Shown here in pieces: positions 46,768 to 56,819 of a stretch of 64,000 nt of DNA. Below the pieces are notes generated by a model. It did not search any database and had not been told where the DNA came from. It saw only the letters and a list, made by a program, of their open reading frames with translations. The DNA is from Candidatus Poribacteria bacterium (lineage in GTDB: Bacteria; Poribacteria; WGA-4E; PCPOR2b), in contig JAJECO010000023.1 in assembly GCA_022822005.1 (NCBI GenBank), positions 29,904 to 93,903 on the forward strand, in the 5' to 3' direction. Both the position numbers and the translations under genes were made by a program. Position 1 is the first letter of the stretch, and every line of letters begins with the position of its first letter.

Positions 46768-47478
46768 TTATCTGTTGTTAATTAATGTCTTAGCAACAGC
46801 CAGATCTTCCGGGGTCGTAATCTTCAGATTGCTATAACTCCCCATGACACACTTCACTTTGAGTCCAAGCTGCTCGACCAGTGCTGCGTCATCTGTCAAC
46901 TGAATCTGTTCTCGACGCGCATGTTGGTGGGCTTCAATCAATACATCCCTCCGAAATACCTGCGGCGTCTGTACCGCCCAAAGCTGGCTCCGATCCGGTG
47001 TATCAACGACAAATTCATCCCTATCAGTGATCTTGATGGTATCCTTGACAGGGACCGCCGTAACTGCTGCCCCGCAATCTGCTGCCGCTTCGAGACAGGT
47101 AAAAATGATTTCATCGGTCACAAAGGGACGAACTCCATCATGGACGATGACGAAATCCGTATCATGCGGGAGCGCTTTTAATCCGTTGAAAACAGAATCT
47201 TGGCGCGTTTCACCACCGGGGACGAGTCCACCAACCTTTTGGAAGCCGTACGGCTCAATCACAACAGATCGGCAAGCGTCAAAGTCCGTTTCACCGACAA
47301 TCACGAAGATAGCATCGATAACAACGCTTCGATCAAATACGCCAATCGTATGCGCGAGGATCGGTCTGTCAAGAAGCTCCAAGTACGGCTTCTTAGTAGG
47401 ATGATGCCCCATCCGGCTTCCGTGGCCAGCTGCGGGAATAAGAACGCACGTCCTCTGGTTCATCAGTGTCCATTTCAT
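46768..47478 (-). CDS. ispD: 2-C-methyl-D-erythritol 4-phosphate cytidylyltransferase
   Basis: VLIPAAGHGSRMG motif. The start may be the internal Met at 47463; the gene overlaps the yacL 3' end. Confidence 0.85.
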   Translation of the reverse strand: MKWTLMNQRTCVLIPAAGHGSRMGHHPTKKPYLELLDRPILAHTIGVFDRSVVIDAIFVIVGETDFDACRSVVIEPYGFQKVGGLVPGGETRQDSVFNGLKALPHDTDFVIVHDGVRPFVTDEIIFTCLEAAADCGAAVTAVPVKDTIKITDRDEFVVDTPDRSQLWAVQTPQVFRRDVLIEAHQHARREQIQLTDDAALVEQLGLKVKCVMGSYSNLKITTPEDLAVAKTLINNR

Positions 47479-48442
47479 CAGTCTTCGTACGCGTAAAAAT
47501 CATCCGACCAGCGGTTGTTTGCAATGTTTGGGTGACAATCGCATCAATTGTCTGCCCAACATATTGCCTACCATACTCAACAATGACCATGGTCCCATCA
47601 TCAAGATATCCAACGCCTTGGTTCGGTTCTTTGCCTTCGCGAAGCACACGCACCTGAATAACCTCGCCAGCAACGACGACCGGACGAACGGAATTCGCAA
47701 GCTCGTTGATGTTGAGCACCGTCACACCCTGAAGCTCAGCCACCTTATTCAAGTTGAAATCATTAGTAATAATCTTCGCCCCAATCTCTTGAGCGAGATG
47801 AATCAACTTGGCGTCCACTTCCGGCACTTCGGGAAAATCCTCTTCAGTCACATCAACATCAATGTCAGGATTGTTTTGCATCAAACGTAAAATCTCAAAA
47901 CCACGTCGCCCTTTGTTACGACGAAGTAGATCAGAAGAATCCGCGATATGTTGCAATTCATTTAAGACAAACCGAGGAATCACAAACACACCATCAATGA
48001 ACCCTGTTTGGCAAATATCCAAAATCCGCCCATCGATAATCACACTTGTATCTAAGACCTTAATCGTTGGAGACTTCGATTGTATCCCGTGTGTGGTAAG
48101 GGAAAACAGTGCAAAAGCATCTCGTCTGCGATAGACAATCATTGTCCCTACATAGCCGCATGAAAGAACGATGCTTGCCGTTAATATCGGGTTAATCATA
48201 CCAGTTGATGCTCGAATAATATAAATAATAAGACTGGCTACAATCAAACCGAACGTTAGTCCAGCGAAGCAGGCGAAGAAATCCCGTAACAGTGGTCGCG
48301 GAATTGATGTTTCAATTCCCACCAAAATGATAGTAGCAAAAAAACCGATAGCACTTCCTGTGATACCACTGATAACAAACCCCAGCGCTGCACCAATTAA
48401 TGCAAAAGCAATGCGGATAATCCAAATTTGCACCCGAGCCAC
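47393..48442 (-). CDS. yacL: PIN/TRAM-domain membrane protein YacL-like
   Basis: N-terminal TM helices, a PIN domain (VLDTSVIIDGRI) and a C-terminal TRAM domain. GTG start. Confidence 0.7.
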   Translation of the reverse strand: MARVQIWIIRIAFALIGAALGFVISGITGSAIGFFATIILVGIETSIPRPLLRDFFACFAGLTFGLIVASLIIYIIRASTGMINPILTASIVLSCGYVGTMIVYRRRDAFALFSLTTHGIQSKSPTIKVLDTSVIIDGRILDICQTGFIDGVFVIPRFVLNELQHIADSSDLLRRNKGRRGFEILRLMQNNPDIDVDVTEEDFPEVPEVDAKLIHLAQEIGAKIITNDFNLNKVAELQGVTVLNINELANSVRPVVVAGEVIQVRVLREGKEPNQGVGYLDDGTMVIVEYGRQYVGQTIDAIVTQTLQTTAGRMIFTRTKTDEMDTDEPEDVRSYSRSWPRKPDGASSY

Positions 48443-48450
48443 CCCCTTTC

Positions 48451-49809
48451 TTATAGTAGTGCACTTAGTGCACCGTAAAGATCTTTGACACCGACCAAGT
48501 CAATGTCTTCGTTCAACTCTAAGCCTTTACGATTGGACTCGGGGAAAACCGCGCGATTAAAACCTAACTTTGCGGCTTCCAATAGCCGTTTCTCAATATG
48601 CGCAACGGCACGAACTTCTCCACCTAAACCAACTTCACCAATGACAACAGTCCGTGCATCAATCGGTATATCTCGGTGACTCGATGTTATCGCGATCGCA
48701 GCACCTAAGTCAATACCCGGCTCATCAACGCGCATTCCACCTGTAATATTGACAAATACATCCGAGTCACCAATGTCAAGCCCGATCCGTTTCTGCAAGA
48801 CTGCAATCAACAACGCAATCCGTTGCCGATCTACCCCAGCTGCCGTGTTGCGGGGAAAACCGAAGTTTGCAGGAGAAACCAACGCCTGAAGTTCCAGCAA
48901 TAACGGACGAGTGCCCTCAATACTCGATACCACCACTGATCCGGAGGTGTTCTCCTGTCTCTCACTGATAAACAACTCTGATGGATTCTTAACCTCAACA
49001 AGACCGCGACCTAACATCTCGAAAATCCCGATTTCGTTAGTTGAGCCAAACCGATTTTTTACAGAACGCAAGACACGGTAGATATGCTGTTTCTCCCCCT
49101 CAAAATAGAGGACAGTATCAACCATGTGTTCCAAAACACGGGGACCCGCCAGAGAACCCTCCTTAGTTACGTGCCCGACGAGGATGATTGGGATACCTTT
49201 ACTTTTAGCAATAACTAATAATTGCGCTGCGCTCTCACGAACCTGCGTTACGCTACCCGGAGCAGATTGTAATCCGGGGAGGTAAACCGCTTGAATAGAG
49301 TCAATAACAACCATACGAGGGTTGAGTTGTGTTATATGTGATTCAATCTCCTCTAAGTTATTCTCACACAGCACATATAGCAAATCAGAGGTGATGCCAA
49401 GTCGGTTCGCCCGCAGCTTTGTTTGGGCAACTGATTCCTCCCCCGACACATACAGCACTCCTCCACAAGCGCGACTTAACGCATCGCTCACCTGTAGCAG
49501 TATCGTCGATTTACCAATTCCGGGATCGCCACCGATTAACACCACAGACCCCGGTACAATCCCACCACCAAGGACTCGATCAAATTCGCCAATCCCCGTG
49601 ACTTGTCTGTCCGATTCACTCGCACTAACCCGCGTAATGGGCGCCGGATCGCTCGCAGGCTGCGCTACGAGTCTGGCATGCGTAGAAGATGTCTCCGCAA
49701 TATCTTCAACGAAAGTGTTCCAATTATCGCACTCCGGACAACGACCAAGCCATCTAATGGAGGAATGACCACATTCCTGACAAACAAACTGTCGACTCTC
49801 TTTTGCCAT
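48451..49809 (-). CDS. radA: DNA repair protein RadA (Sms)
   Basis: C4 zinc finger (CQECGH...CPEC), a RecA-like Walker A (GDPGIGKST) and a Lon-like C-terminal domain. Confidence 0.9.
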   Translation of the reverse strand: MAKESRQFVCQECGHSSIRWLGRCPECDNWNTFVEDIAETSSTHARLVAQPASDPAPITRVSASESDRQVTGIGEFDRVLGGGIVPGSVVLIGGDPGIGKSTILLQVSDALSRACGGVLYVSGEESVAQTKLRANRLGITSDLLYVLCENNLEEIESHITQLNPRMVVIDSIQAVYLPGLQSAPGSVTQVRESAAQLLVIAKSKGIPIILVGHVTKEGSLAGPRVLEHMVDTVLYFEGEKQHIYRVLRSVKNRFGSTNEIGIFEMLGRGLVEVKNPSELFISERQENTSGSVVVSSIEGTRPLLLELQALVSPANFGFPRNTAAGVDRQRIALLIAVLQKRIGLDIGDSDVFVNITGGMRVDEPGIDLGAAIAITSSHRDIPIDARTVVIGEVGLGGEVRAVAHIEKRLLEAAKLGFNRAVFPESNRKGLELNEDIDLVGVKDLYGALSALL

Positions 49810-49840
49810 TTAAGGTATTCCTCCCAGCACCGAATCCAGT

Positions 49841-51409
49841 CTACCAGTTTCTCGACAAAAACCGCAGACCTGCTGTATAGCGGATATCACCCGATGTCAG
49901 ATCTTCCGCGCCGATAATAATCTGTCCGTACGGAAAAAACCGCCACGCTACCTCCGCACCAAGTTCTGGACTTTTGCTGGTCAACTGTGTACCTTCGATG
50001 GTAATACCAAGTTTCCGAGAGAGCAACCATACATCAAAACCCACGCCAACTTTTGACCGCATAAACCCAGCGCGCCCTCGTAGATTACCCGTGAAGTCAT
50101 AACCGTATTGGAAGTCCAACTTGATCTCCTCTTCACGAGTTCCGAGACCCAATCGGTATCGCTGGTTATCTCCGGCAAACAGTAACACACCCAACTCGTT
50201 GTGCAGGCTCTCCTCAAGGCTTAAATACCTGAGTTCGTAATCCCAACCGAATTCAGGTAGCTTGAACTGTTCCGAACTCCGATCTAACGTCCGAGAAAGA
50301 TCCTGAAACGCGAGCATTGTCTCGTCAACCGTTTTCACCGTACTACGCACTTCATTTAGCGTATCCGGGTTATTCAACAACTGAGCGATGCTGCCTTCCC
50401 CATGCTGCGCGGTATGAAGCAACTGGTCCACACTGCTTCGCAGTCCATCCAACTCGTTAGTCGCATTGGTGAGGCTTTCGAGCAGCTGGTCAACTTTCGG
50501 CTTTTCAGTCGCAATGACCGCCTTACTTTGGGCAATCAAATCCGAAATGCCAGCGGTCAATTCGGCGAGATCTTCATCTAACTGCTGAGACAACTGGCGA
50601 AAATTCGTGGCGCTTGTTTGTAAGTCAACGATTATCTGTTCGACAGGAGATGAGTTGCGATCTACCAAATCAAGGACAGCTCGATTAATATCGCCAACCT
50701 GACTGCTGATTAGTAAAACATCGTTTTCTAATCTATCCATCAGCCGATTGAACCGTTTATAGGTTTGCGCCAGACGAAAGTCGTTCTCCTGTGCAATACG
50801 ATTCAGATTCCTTACAGATTCATTCGTAGCTCCAACTATCTCCGTTAAAGCGCGGCTCGTTTGCTCAATGAGTGCCCGCATCTCCACAATACTCGAACTG
50901 ATGTTCTCTTGATTCGAGCTCATAAACTGGTTTGCGGATTCGAGAAATTGCGTGCCTTGCCTAACAATGTGATCTGCCTGCGCAGCCAGTTCTGAGAGGT
51001 CGAGTGGATCTTGCCCCGTCAGTGGAAGATCAGTCGGCTTTAAATTCGGATTTCCAACGGGCCCATTAGTTAAATGGATATACGCTTCTCCGACAAAACC
51101 GATAACACCAACTTTTACCCGACAATTTTGCCGGAGCCTTTGAAATGCATCTTTGACCCGCATCTGAACCTCAACGCGAGTCCCATCTTTGTTCAGTTCA
51201 ATACCCGTGACTTTGCCGACCTGTACGCCAGCCAGTTGAACCTTCGCACCAACGCGCAGGTCTCCAGCATTATTGAAGTTAACCCGTAACAACTCGCCGC
51301 TCGCACTCCAAGGAGAGTTAGCGGCATTCACTATCAAAATCACAAGGAGAACAATGCCAACGATGAAAACAAGCCCCACCTTGAGCTGCACACTCCACGA
51401 CCCCATCAA
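49841..51409 (-). CDS. MCE/MlaD-domain protein with a long coiled-coil and a C-terminal extension
   Basis: N-terminal TM plus an Mce domain (GLVFIVG...GAKVQLAGVQVGKV), then about 250 aa of coiled-coil, then 120 aa rich in beta-strand-like alternation. Confidence 0.7.
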   Translation of the reverse strand: MMGSWSVQLKVGLVFIVGIVLLVILIVNAANSPWSASGELLRVNFNNAGDLRVGAKVQLAGVQVGKVTGIELNKDGTRVEVQMRVKDAFQRLRQNCRVKVGVIGFVGEAYIHLTNGPVGNPNLKPTDLPLTGQDPLDLSELAAQADHIVRQGTQFLESANQFMSSNQENISSSIVEMRALIEQTSRALTEIVGATNESVRNLNRIAQENDFRLAQTYKRFNRLMDRLENDVLLISSQVGDINRAVLDLVDRNSSPVEQIIVDLQTSATNFRQLSQQLDEDLAELTAGISDLIAQSKAVIATEKPKVDQLLESLTNATNELDGLRSSVDQLLHTAQHGEGSIAQLLNNPDTLNEVRSTVKTVDETMLAFQDLSRTLDRSSEQFKLPEFGWDYELRYLSLEESLHNELGVLLFAGDNQRYRLGLGTREEEIKLDFQYGYDFTGNLRGRAGFMRSKVGVGFDVWLLSRKLGITIEGTQLTSKSPELGAEVAWRFFPYGQIIIGAEDLTSGDIRYTAGLRFLSRNW

Positions 51410-51427
51410 TCACCTCATCTACCATCA

Positions 51428-52192
51428 TCAATTATGATGATGGTTTTCATTAGCAATAAATTGCTGCAAAACCGGGTTATCAATCTTCCAAATTTCATCT
51501 GGGGTCCCGTGGGCAATCACCTTACCTTGGTGTATCATTGCCATCCTTGTGCCGACCGAAAACGCGCTATCCATATCGTGTGTAACAACAACAGAAGTGA
51601 CCTGCAACTTCTGGTGCAGGTCGCGGATGAGTCGATTGATTTCCAAAGCTGTAATCGGATCTAACCCTGTCGTCGGCTCATCGTATAGTATCACCTCCGG
51701 ACTGCATGCAATAGCGCGGGCAAGTCCGACCCGTTTTCGCATACCTCCACTGAGCTCTGCCGGTCTCAGGTGTTGGGTACCATCAAGTTGGACTAAATGT
51801 AGCTTTTCCTCTACAATGTCGTCAATCTCACGTTTCTTGAGTTTCATGTGCTGGGAAACCATGAACGCAACATTTTCCCCAACAGTCATAGAGTCAAAAA
51901 GGGCCGCCGATTGGAAAAGCATACCCAGCTTTCGGCGCGTACGGTTCAAGCCTTTTCGTTTGAGCGCCGTGATATCTTCACCATCAATCCAGATTTGCCC
52001 CTGGTCCGGCTTAATTAATCCGGTAATCAGTTTGAGCAGGACGCTCTTCCCACACCCACTTTGCCCCATAATGACCAAGGTTTCACCGCGCGGAATGTAA
52101 AGCTCAAGCCCGGTGAGAACCTCTTTGTTTTCAAAGTCTTTCCAAAGATTTTCAATCCAAATCATTTGACTTACGGCAGAGTCACGGCACAA
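51428..52192 (-). CDS. ABC transporter ATP-binding protein (MlaF-like)
   Basis: Walker A GQSGCGKS, LSGGM signature and Walker B. Confidence 0.85.
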   Translation of the reverse strand: MCRDSAVSQMIWIENLWKDFENKEVLTGLELYIPRGETLVIMGQSGCGKSVLLKLITGLIKPDQGQIWIDGEDITALKRKGLNRTRRKLGMLFQSAALFDSMTVGENVAFMVSQHMKLKKREIDDIVEEKLHLVQLDGTQHLRPAELSGGMRKRVGLARAIACSPEVILYDEPTTGLDPITALEINRLIRDLHQKLQVTSVVVTHDMDSAFSVGTRMAMIHQGKVIAHGTPDEIWKIDNPVLQQFIANENHHHN

Positions 52193-52247
52193 CTGAATAA
52201 AAAGTATAACACTGACAACCCTCGCGCACTTTATTCCGTTCCGCCGG

Positions 52248-53108
52248 CTATTGCAACCCCCAAATCGTATAAAGCAGATGGTTCAAAAAAGCATCCAGAG
52301 CCAAAATAGTAATCAACGACGTCACCGCTGCACCTGTTGTGGATTTGCCGACCCCTTCGGCACCGCCCGCCGAGGAGATTGTGAACCCTTTGTAACAACC
52401 AATCGAAGCAATCGCCATCCCAAACGCGGACGCTTTAACAAGACTAATAACAATGCTGTCAATAAATAAAGTGTCTTGGACCAGCTTGAGAAAGAATAGA
52501 CCGTTCATATCAAACAGGGAAATAGATGCGAGATAGCCCCCAGCAATCCCGCAGACAATCGCAAAAAGGGTCAAAATCGGCAGCATAATCGCACAAGCAA
52601 GAAAACGGGGAACCACAAGGTACTTGACCGGATTAGTTGCCATAACCTCGAGGGCATCTATCTGTTCAGTCACCTTCATGGTACCCAGTTCCGCCGTAAT
52701 TGACGCGCCGATCCGACCGGCAAGCACAAAAGCTGTTACCATCGGTCCCAGTTCTTTGACAACAGACACACCGACAAATTGGCCCAGCGTCCCCTCCGCG
52801 GAAATCTGTTTCAGTTGGTGGTAGCCCTGTGTTGCCAATACCATGCCGGTAAAGATCCCGGAAACCAACACAACTGGTATCGAATTGACGCCAATCAAAA
52901 ACAACTGATGAACCAGCAATCTAAGTTGAAATGGACGCCTAAAAGCTAACGACCAAGTCTCCCACACCAGCATAGTTGCGCTGCCAAGCCCAGATAGCCA
53001 GTTCAAAGCTTTATCACCAAAAAAAGCGATTATGCGGACTAAAGGGCTACGTGAATCGTATAATACCTGACGTCGGAGAGGAGATTGGTCATTCATAGAG
53101 GGACACAC
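52248..53108 (-). CDS. ABC transporter permease (MlaE-like)
   Basis: MlaE-type multi-TM topology. Confidence 0.85.
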   Translation of the reverse strand: MCPSMNDQSPLRRQVLYDSRSPLVRIIAFFGDKALNWLSGLGSATMLVWETWSLAFRRPFQLRLLVHQLFLIGVNSIPVVLVSGIFTGMVLATQGYHQLKQISAEGTLGQFVGVSVVKELGPMVTAFVLAGRIGASITAELGTMKVTEQIDALEVMATNPVKYLVVPRFLACAIMLPILTLFAIVCGIAGGYLASISLFDMNGLFFLKLVQDTLFIDSIVISLVKASAFGMAIASIGCYKGFTISSAGGAEGVGKSTTGAAVTSLITILALDAFLNHLLYTIWGLQ

Positions 53109-53167
53109 GGGATCAAGGTCGCAAAAAACTTAAGGAGGCCTGCATACGAGGCGTAACTACCCTGTCC

Positions 53168-54502
53168 CTACTGATAGGACATGTTAGCAAATCGCATCTG
53201 CGTTTTGTTGAATTCTAATCTGACTGTGCCTGTTGGTCCGTTGCGCTGTTTTTTGATAAGCAGATCGGCAGTTCCTTGATCATCCGCAGCTTCATCATAG
53301 TAGTCTTCTCGATATAAGAAGGCAACCAAATCCGCATCCTGCTCGATCGCTCCAGATTCTCGCAGATCAGATAATAACGGCCGTTTATCCGGACGTTTCT
53401 CAACCTCACGACTCAGTTGGGAGCACGCAATGATCGGTGTATCCAGTTCCCAAGCGAGGGTCTTGAGCGCACGTGAAATATCAGAAATCTCTTCTACCCG
53501 CCCGGTATATCGACCCGAACCACTCAGCAGCTGCAAATAATCAACGATAATTACCGCGAGGTCTTCGTGTTCGCCTTTCAAGCGCCGACCTTCCGCTCGC
53601 AGCATCTGTACAGTGACACCCCTCGTATCATTAATAAAAATAGGCACAGACATTAAACTGCCAGCAGCCTGTGACAACCCTGGCCAATCCTCCTCTGTCA
53701 AGTTTCCAGTACGAAGATGACCAAAGTTAATTTGGGCTTCAGCAGCCAACATCCGTAATAGCACCTGCTGCGTCGGCATCTCAAGGCTGAATATCGCAAC
53801 CGGCAGCTGCTGCTCAATGGCGATATTCTGAGCCATATTCAGCACTAACGTACTTTTGCCCATGCTGGGTCGCGCCGCAATGATAATTAAATCGCCACGC
53901 TGTAATCCAGAGGTCATTAAATCAAAATCGGTAAAGCCCGTCGGTACACCAATAAACTGCTCGCGCTTATGGGACAGCTCTTCGATCTCTCCCAACGTCT
54001 CCTTGATAATAGAACCAACCGATACAAATCCTTTGTCATTATCCGCTTGACCGAGGTGAAAAATTCCCTCTTGGGCTTGATCCAGAACCTCCCGAAGCTC
54101 TTGTTCCTGATCACGCGCTAGATTGCTGATCTGCTCCCCTGTCTGCACCAGCTGCCGGCGCGTCGATTTCTCCCAAACAATCTGGGCATAAAATTCAGCA
54201 CTTTCCGTTTCGACAATCCGGGCTTGTAGGTCATAAAGATACAAGTCCCCCCCCGATCGATTGAGCTCGTTTTTCCTTTCAAGCTCATCTGACACAAGGA
54301 GCGCGTCCACCCTGTTATGGCGCTCATAAACTGCGAGAATCGCTGCATAAATGAGCTGATGATCTGTAGTAAAAAAAACCTCTGGAGTATGACCGAGAAT
54401 AGCAAGCACACGGGGAATCACCGCACTATCTACCATCATTGACCCAAGCACAGCTTGTTCCGATTCCCTGTCGTGAAGGGCTTCCGTAGTTTTGGTATTC
54501 AT
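53168..54502 (-). CDS. dnaB: replicative DNA helicase
   Basis: DnaB N-terminal domain plus the RecA-like Walker A GARPSMGKST. Confidence 0.9.
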   Translation of the reverse strand: MNTKTTEALHDRESEQAVLGSMMVDSAVIPRVLAILGHTPEVFFTTDHQLIYAAILAVYERHNRVDALLVSDELERKNELNRSGGDLYLYDLQARIVETESAEFYAQIVWEKSTRRQLVQTGEQISNLARDQEQELREVLDQAQEGIFHLGQADNDKGFVSVGSIIKETLGEIEELSHKREQFIGVPTGFTDFDLMTSGLQRGDLIIIAARPSMGKSTLVLNMAQNIAIEQQLPVAIFSLEMPTQQVLLRMLAAEAQINFGHLRTGNLTEEDWPGLSQAAGSLMSVPIFINDTRGVTVQMLRAEGRRLKGEHEDLAVIIVDYLQLLSGSGRYTGRVEEISDISRALKTLAWELDTPIIACSQLSREVEKRPDKRPLLSDLRESGAIEQDADLVAFLYREDYYDEAADDQGTADLLIKKQRNGPTGTVRLEFNKTQMRFANMSYQ

Positions 54503-54541
54503 CGCTCAATCCCGGAGTTTATGACCGGTGGAGTCTGTCCG

Positions 54542-54994
54542 TTAAGATGACTCTTCACGAACCACAACAACCTGAATATCTGCTGCAACGTCAGCGTGGA
54601 AACGGATGGGTACTGTGAAAACACCCAGTTCCCGGATCGGTTCCTCTAGTTCAATATTCCGCCGATCCACTTCAATATCCTGGCTAGCGAGCGCGTCTGC
54701 AATATCCATCGAGGTAATAGATCCAAATAATCGATCATTTTCCCCGGCGCGCCTTTGAATGGTACAAGTTACTTCTGCAATACGACCTGCGAGCTCCTCA
54801 GCCCTGACTCTCGCTTTTTCGCCTTGGGCTGCTAGCAATTGCCGCTCATGCTCAAGCATCCGTCGGTTCTTCTCTGTTGCTCGAACCGCAAGTTGCATGG
54901 GGATGAGGTAGTTACGTGCATAACCATTAGCAACTGTTAAAATGTCCCCCTCATCTCCAAGTGTTTCAACCCTTTTTTTAAGGATAACTTCCAT
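54542..54994 (-). CDS. rplI: 50S ribosomal protein L9
   Basis: MEVILKKRVETLGDEGDILTVANGYARNYLIP. Confidence 0.9.
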   Translation of the reverse strand: MEVILKKRVETLGDEGDILTVANGYARNYLIPMQLAVRATEKNRRMLEHERQLLAAQGEKARVRAEELAGRIAEVTCTIQRRAGENDRLFGSITSMDIADALASQDIEVDRRNIELEEPIRELGVFTVPIRFHADVAADIQVVVVREESS

Positions 54995-55081
54995 AACATG
55001 CCTCTCAATTTTTACGACTCAGAATTTCTACAATACGAGTCCGAAAATCATGGTGCGTAGTTTCCCACCTACAAAAATGAT

Positions 55082-55369
55082 CTACTGTTGTGTTGTAAAA
55101 GGCACTAAGGCAATGTTACGCGCACGTTTGATCGCCCGCGTCACGTGCCTCTGATGCTTCGCACAGTTTCCCGAAACCCGTCGTGGCAAAAGTTTACCGC
55201 GATCCGTCATAAAACCTCTGAGTATTTCAGTACTCTTATAATCAATGAAATCTACCTTATCCATGCAAAATCGACACCGCTTGCGACGACCCCGGCGAAA
55301 CGGAGCATCACGGTTATCTCTAAAATTGTCACGGTTATCTCTTGTATCTCTTCGTTGGTCCCTTGCCAC
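55082..55369 (-). CDS. rpsR: 30S ribosomal protein S18 (with N-terminal basic extension)
   Basis: C.FC...V..IDYK....L..F....GKILPRR..G.CAK.QR.V..AIKRAR. Confidence 0.85.
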   Translation of the reverse strand: MARDQRRDTRDNRDNFRDNRDAPFRRGRRKRCRFCMDKVDFIDYKSTEILRGFMTDRGKLLPRRVSGNCAKHQRHVTRAIKRARNIALVPFTTQQ

Positions 55370-55467
55370 GATTCCAGTCCTCCAATTTGTAATACAGAAG
55401 AAAAGCGGGCATCAACTGCGCCCGCTTTTCGTTCTTAGTGTTCGTTAAGTTTATGTAGCGGTTGATC

Positions 55468-55917
55468 TCAGAAAGGAATGTCGTCGTCAGTCGCAGACGA
55501 TCCCTCTTCCCCCGAAAATTCGGCTGATGGGGCAGCTGACGCGGGTGACGCTTGATCGTAACCCCCACCACCGTCACCATCTTGACGACCACCTACAAAT
55601 TCAAACCGATCAACCATAACGCTATGTTTACTCCGCCTTTGACCATCATCGGTTTCCCATGATTGGAGTCTCAGACGACCTTCAACCAATATGGGACGCC
55701 CCTTCTGAAAGTACTCGTTGATAACCTCAGCTGTTCTTCCAAAAGCATCAAGATCCACAAAACAAACGTCTTCTTTCCTCTCACCGGACTGACGATCGTT
55801 GTAAACATGACTGACAGCGAGCCCAACTCTTGCCACCGCTGTTCCGCTCGGAAGATACTGTAATTCTGGATCACGGGTGAGATTTCCCATGAGTATGACC
55901 TTGTTGTAACTTGCCAT
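55468..55917 (-). CDS. ssb: single-stranded DNA-binding protein
   Basis: MASYNKVILMGNLTRDPELQY OB fold and the acidic C-terminal DDDIPF. Confidence 0.9.
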   Translation of the reverse strand: MASYNKVILMGNLTRDPELQYLPSGTAVARVGLAVSHVYNDRQSGERKEDVCFVDLDAFGRTAEVINEYFQKGRPILVEGRLRLQSWETDDGQRRSKHSVMVDRFEFVGGRQDGDGGGGYDQASPASAAPSAEFSGEEGSSATDDDIPF

Positions 55918-55976
55918 GATTCTTATCTCCTTAATAATCTATCTGATGCTGTGCTCCATCTACCGTGTCACTAACA

Positions 55977-56387
55977 TCAAATGTATTCATCACCTTTATC
56001 TTCATCTTCGCTCTCAATATCTTCAAAAGGACTAGCATCTGTCGAGTCACCTTCTTCTTCCTGTGATGCCGGCGTATGGCTCGGAGTAAGTGCGGCTAGA
56101 TCCCCTTCAAATTGAACAACCATGTGCTTGATAATCCGTTCCGTAATCCGATAGTGACCATTCAGTTGAGCTACAAATTCAGGGCCACTTTCAAACACGA
56201 TAAGCACATAATGGCCTTCGCCGTGCTGCTTAACTGCATAAGCCAGCTTTCTCTTCCCCCAAGGATCTACCTTTAGAACCTTACCCCCACCAGATTCAAT
56301 AGCCGTCTTGACACCTTCAGTAACGTCGTTTGTTTGACTCTCATCTAAATCTGGATTAATAATAAAAATAGTTTCGTAATGACGCAA
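55977..56387 (-). CDS. rpsF: 30S ribosomal protein S6 (acidic C-terminal tail)
   Basis: MRHYETIFIINPDL. Confidence 0.9.
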   Translation of the reverse strand: MRHYETIFIINPDLDESQTNDVTEGVKTAIESGGGKVLKVDPWGKRKLAYAVKQHGEGHYVLIVFESGPEFVAQLNGHYRITERIIKHMVVQFEGDLAALTPSHTPASQEEEGDSTDASPFEDIESEDEDKGDEYI

Positions 56388-56819
56388 AGCTTTCGTACCT
56401 CCCTTTGGACGAATGGCTCCAATCTAAATTTTGACTGATATTTACGCGCGGAGGATCAACCTCCCCACATCCCTCATAACAATTTACAATCAGTCACCTA
56501 TGGAGCAGAGATTCATTAAATTATACCATAATCCACTCGCTTTATCAACCGTTTTTAGATGGACGCAGAAATATGTAACAAAGTTTCTCATAAAGCAAGA
56601 TCCCATCGGAACAGATGCGAAAATGGCAGCCGATTCCTGTGGACAACATCGGTTTTGTTGACTAAAATTTGTCGAAATGAATTGTCCTCGTGTTAAGACG
56701 TATTTCTGCACTATCTCGTTGAAACTTGCCCCTAATTGGAAAGGCTCTGCTTTTTCGCAGCACCGGGACAGAAGACTGGTATCCCACTGGGGTGATGTTG
56801 ATCCAAAGGAGTAAGGATA

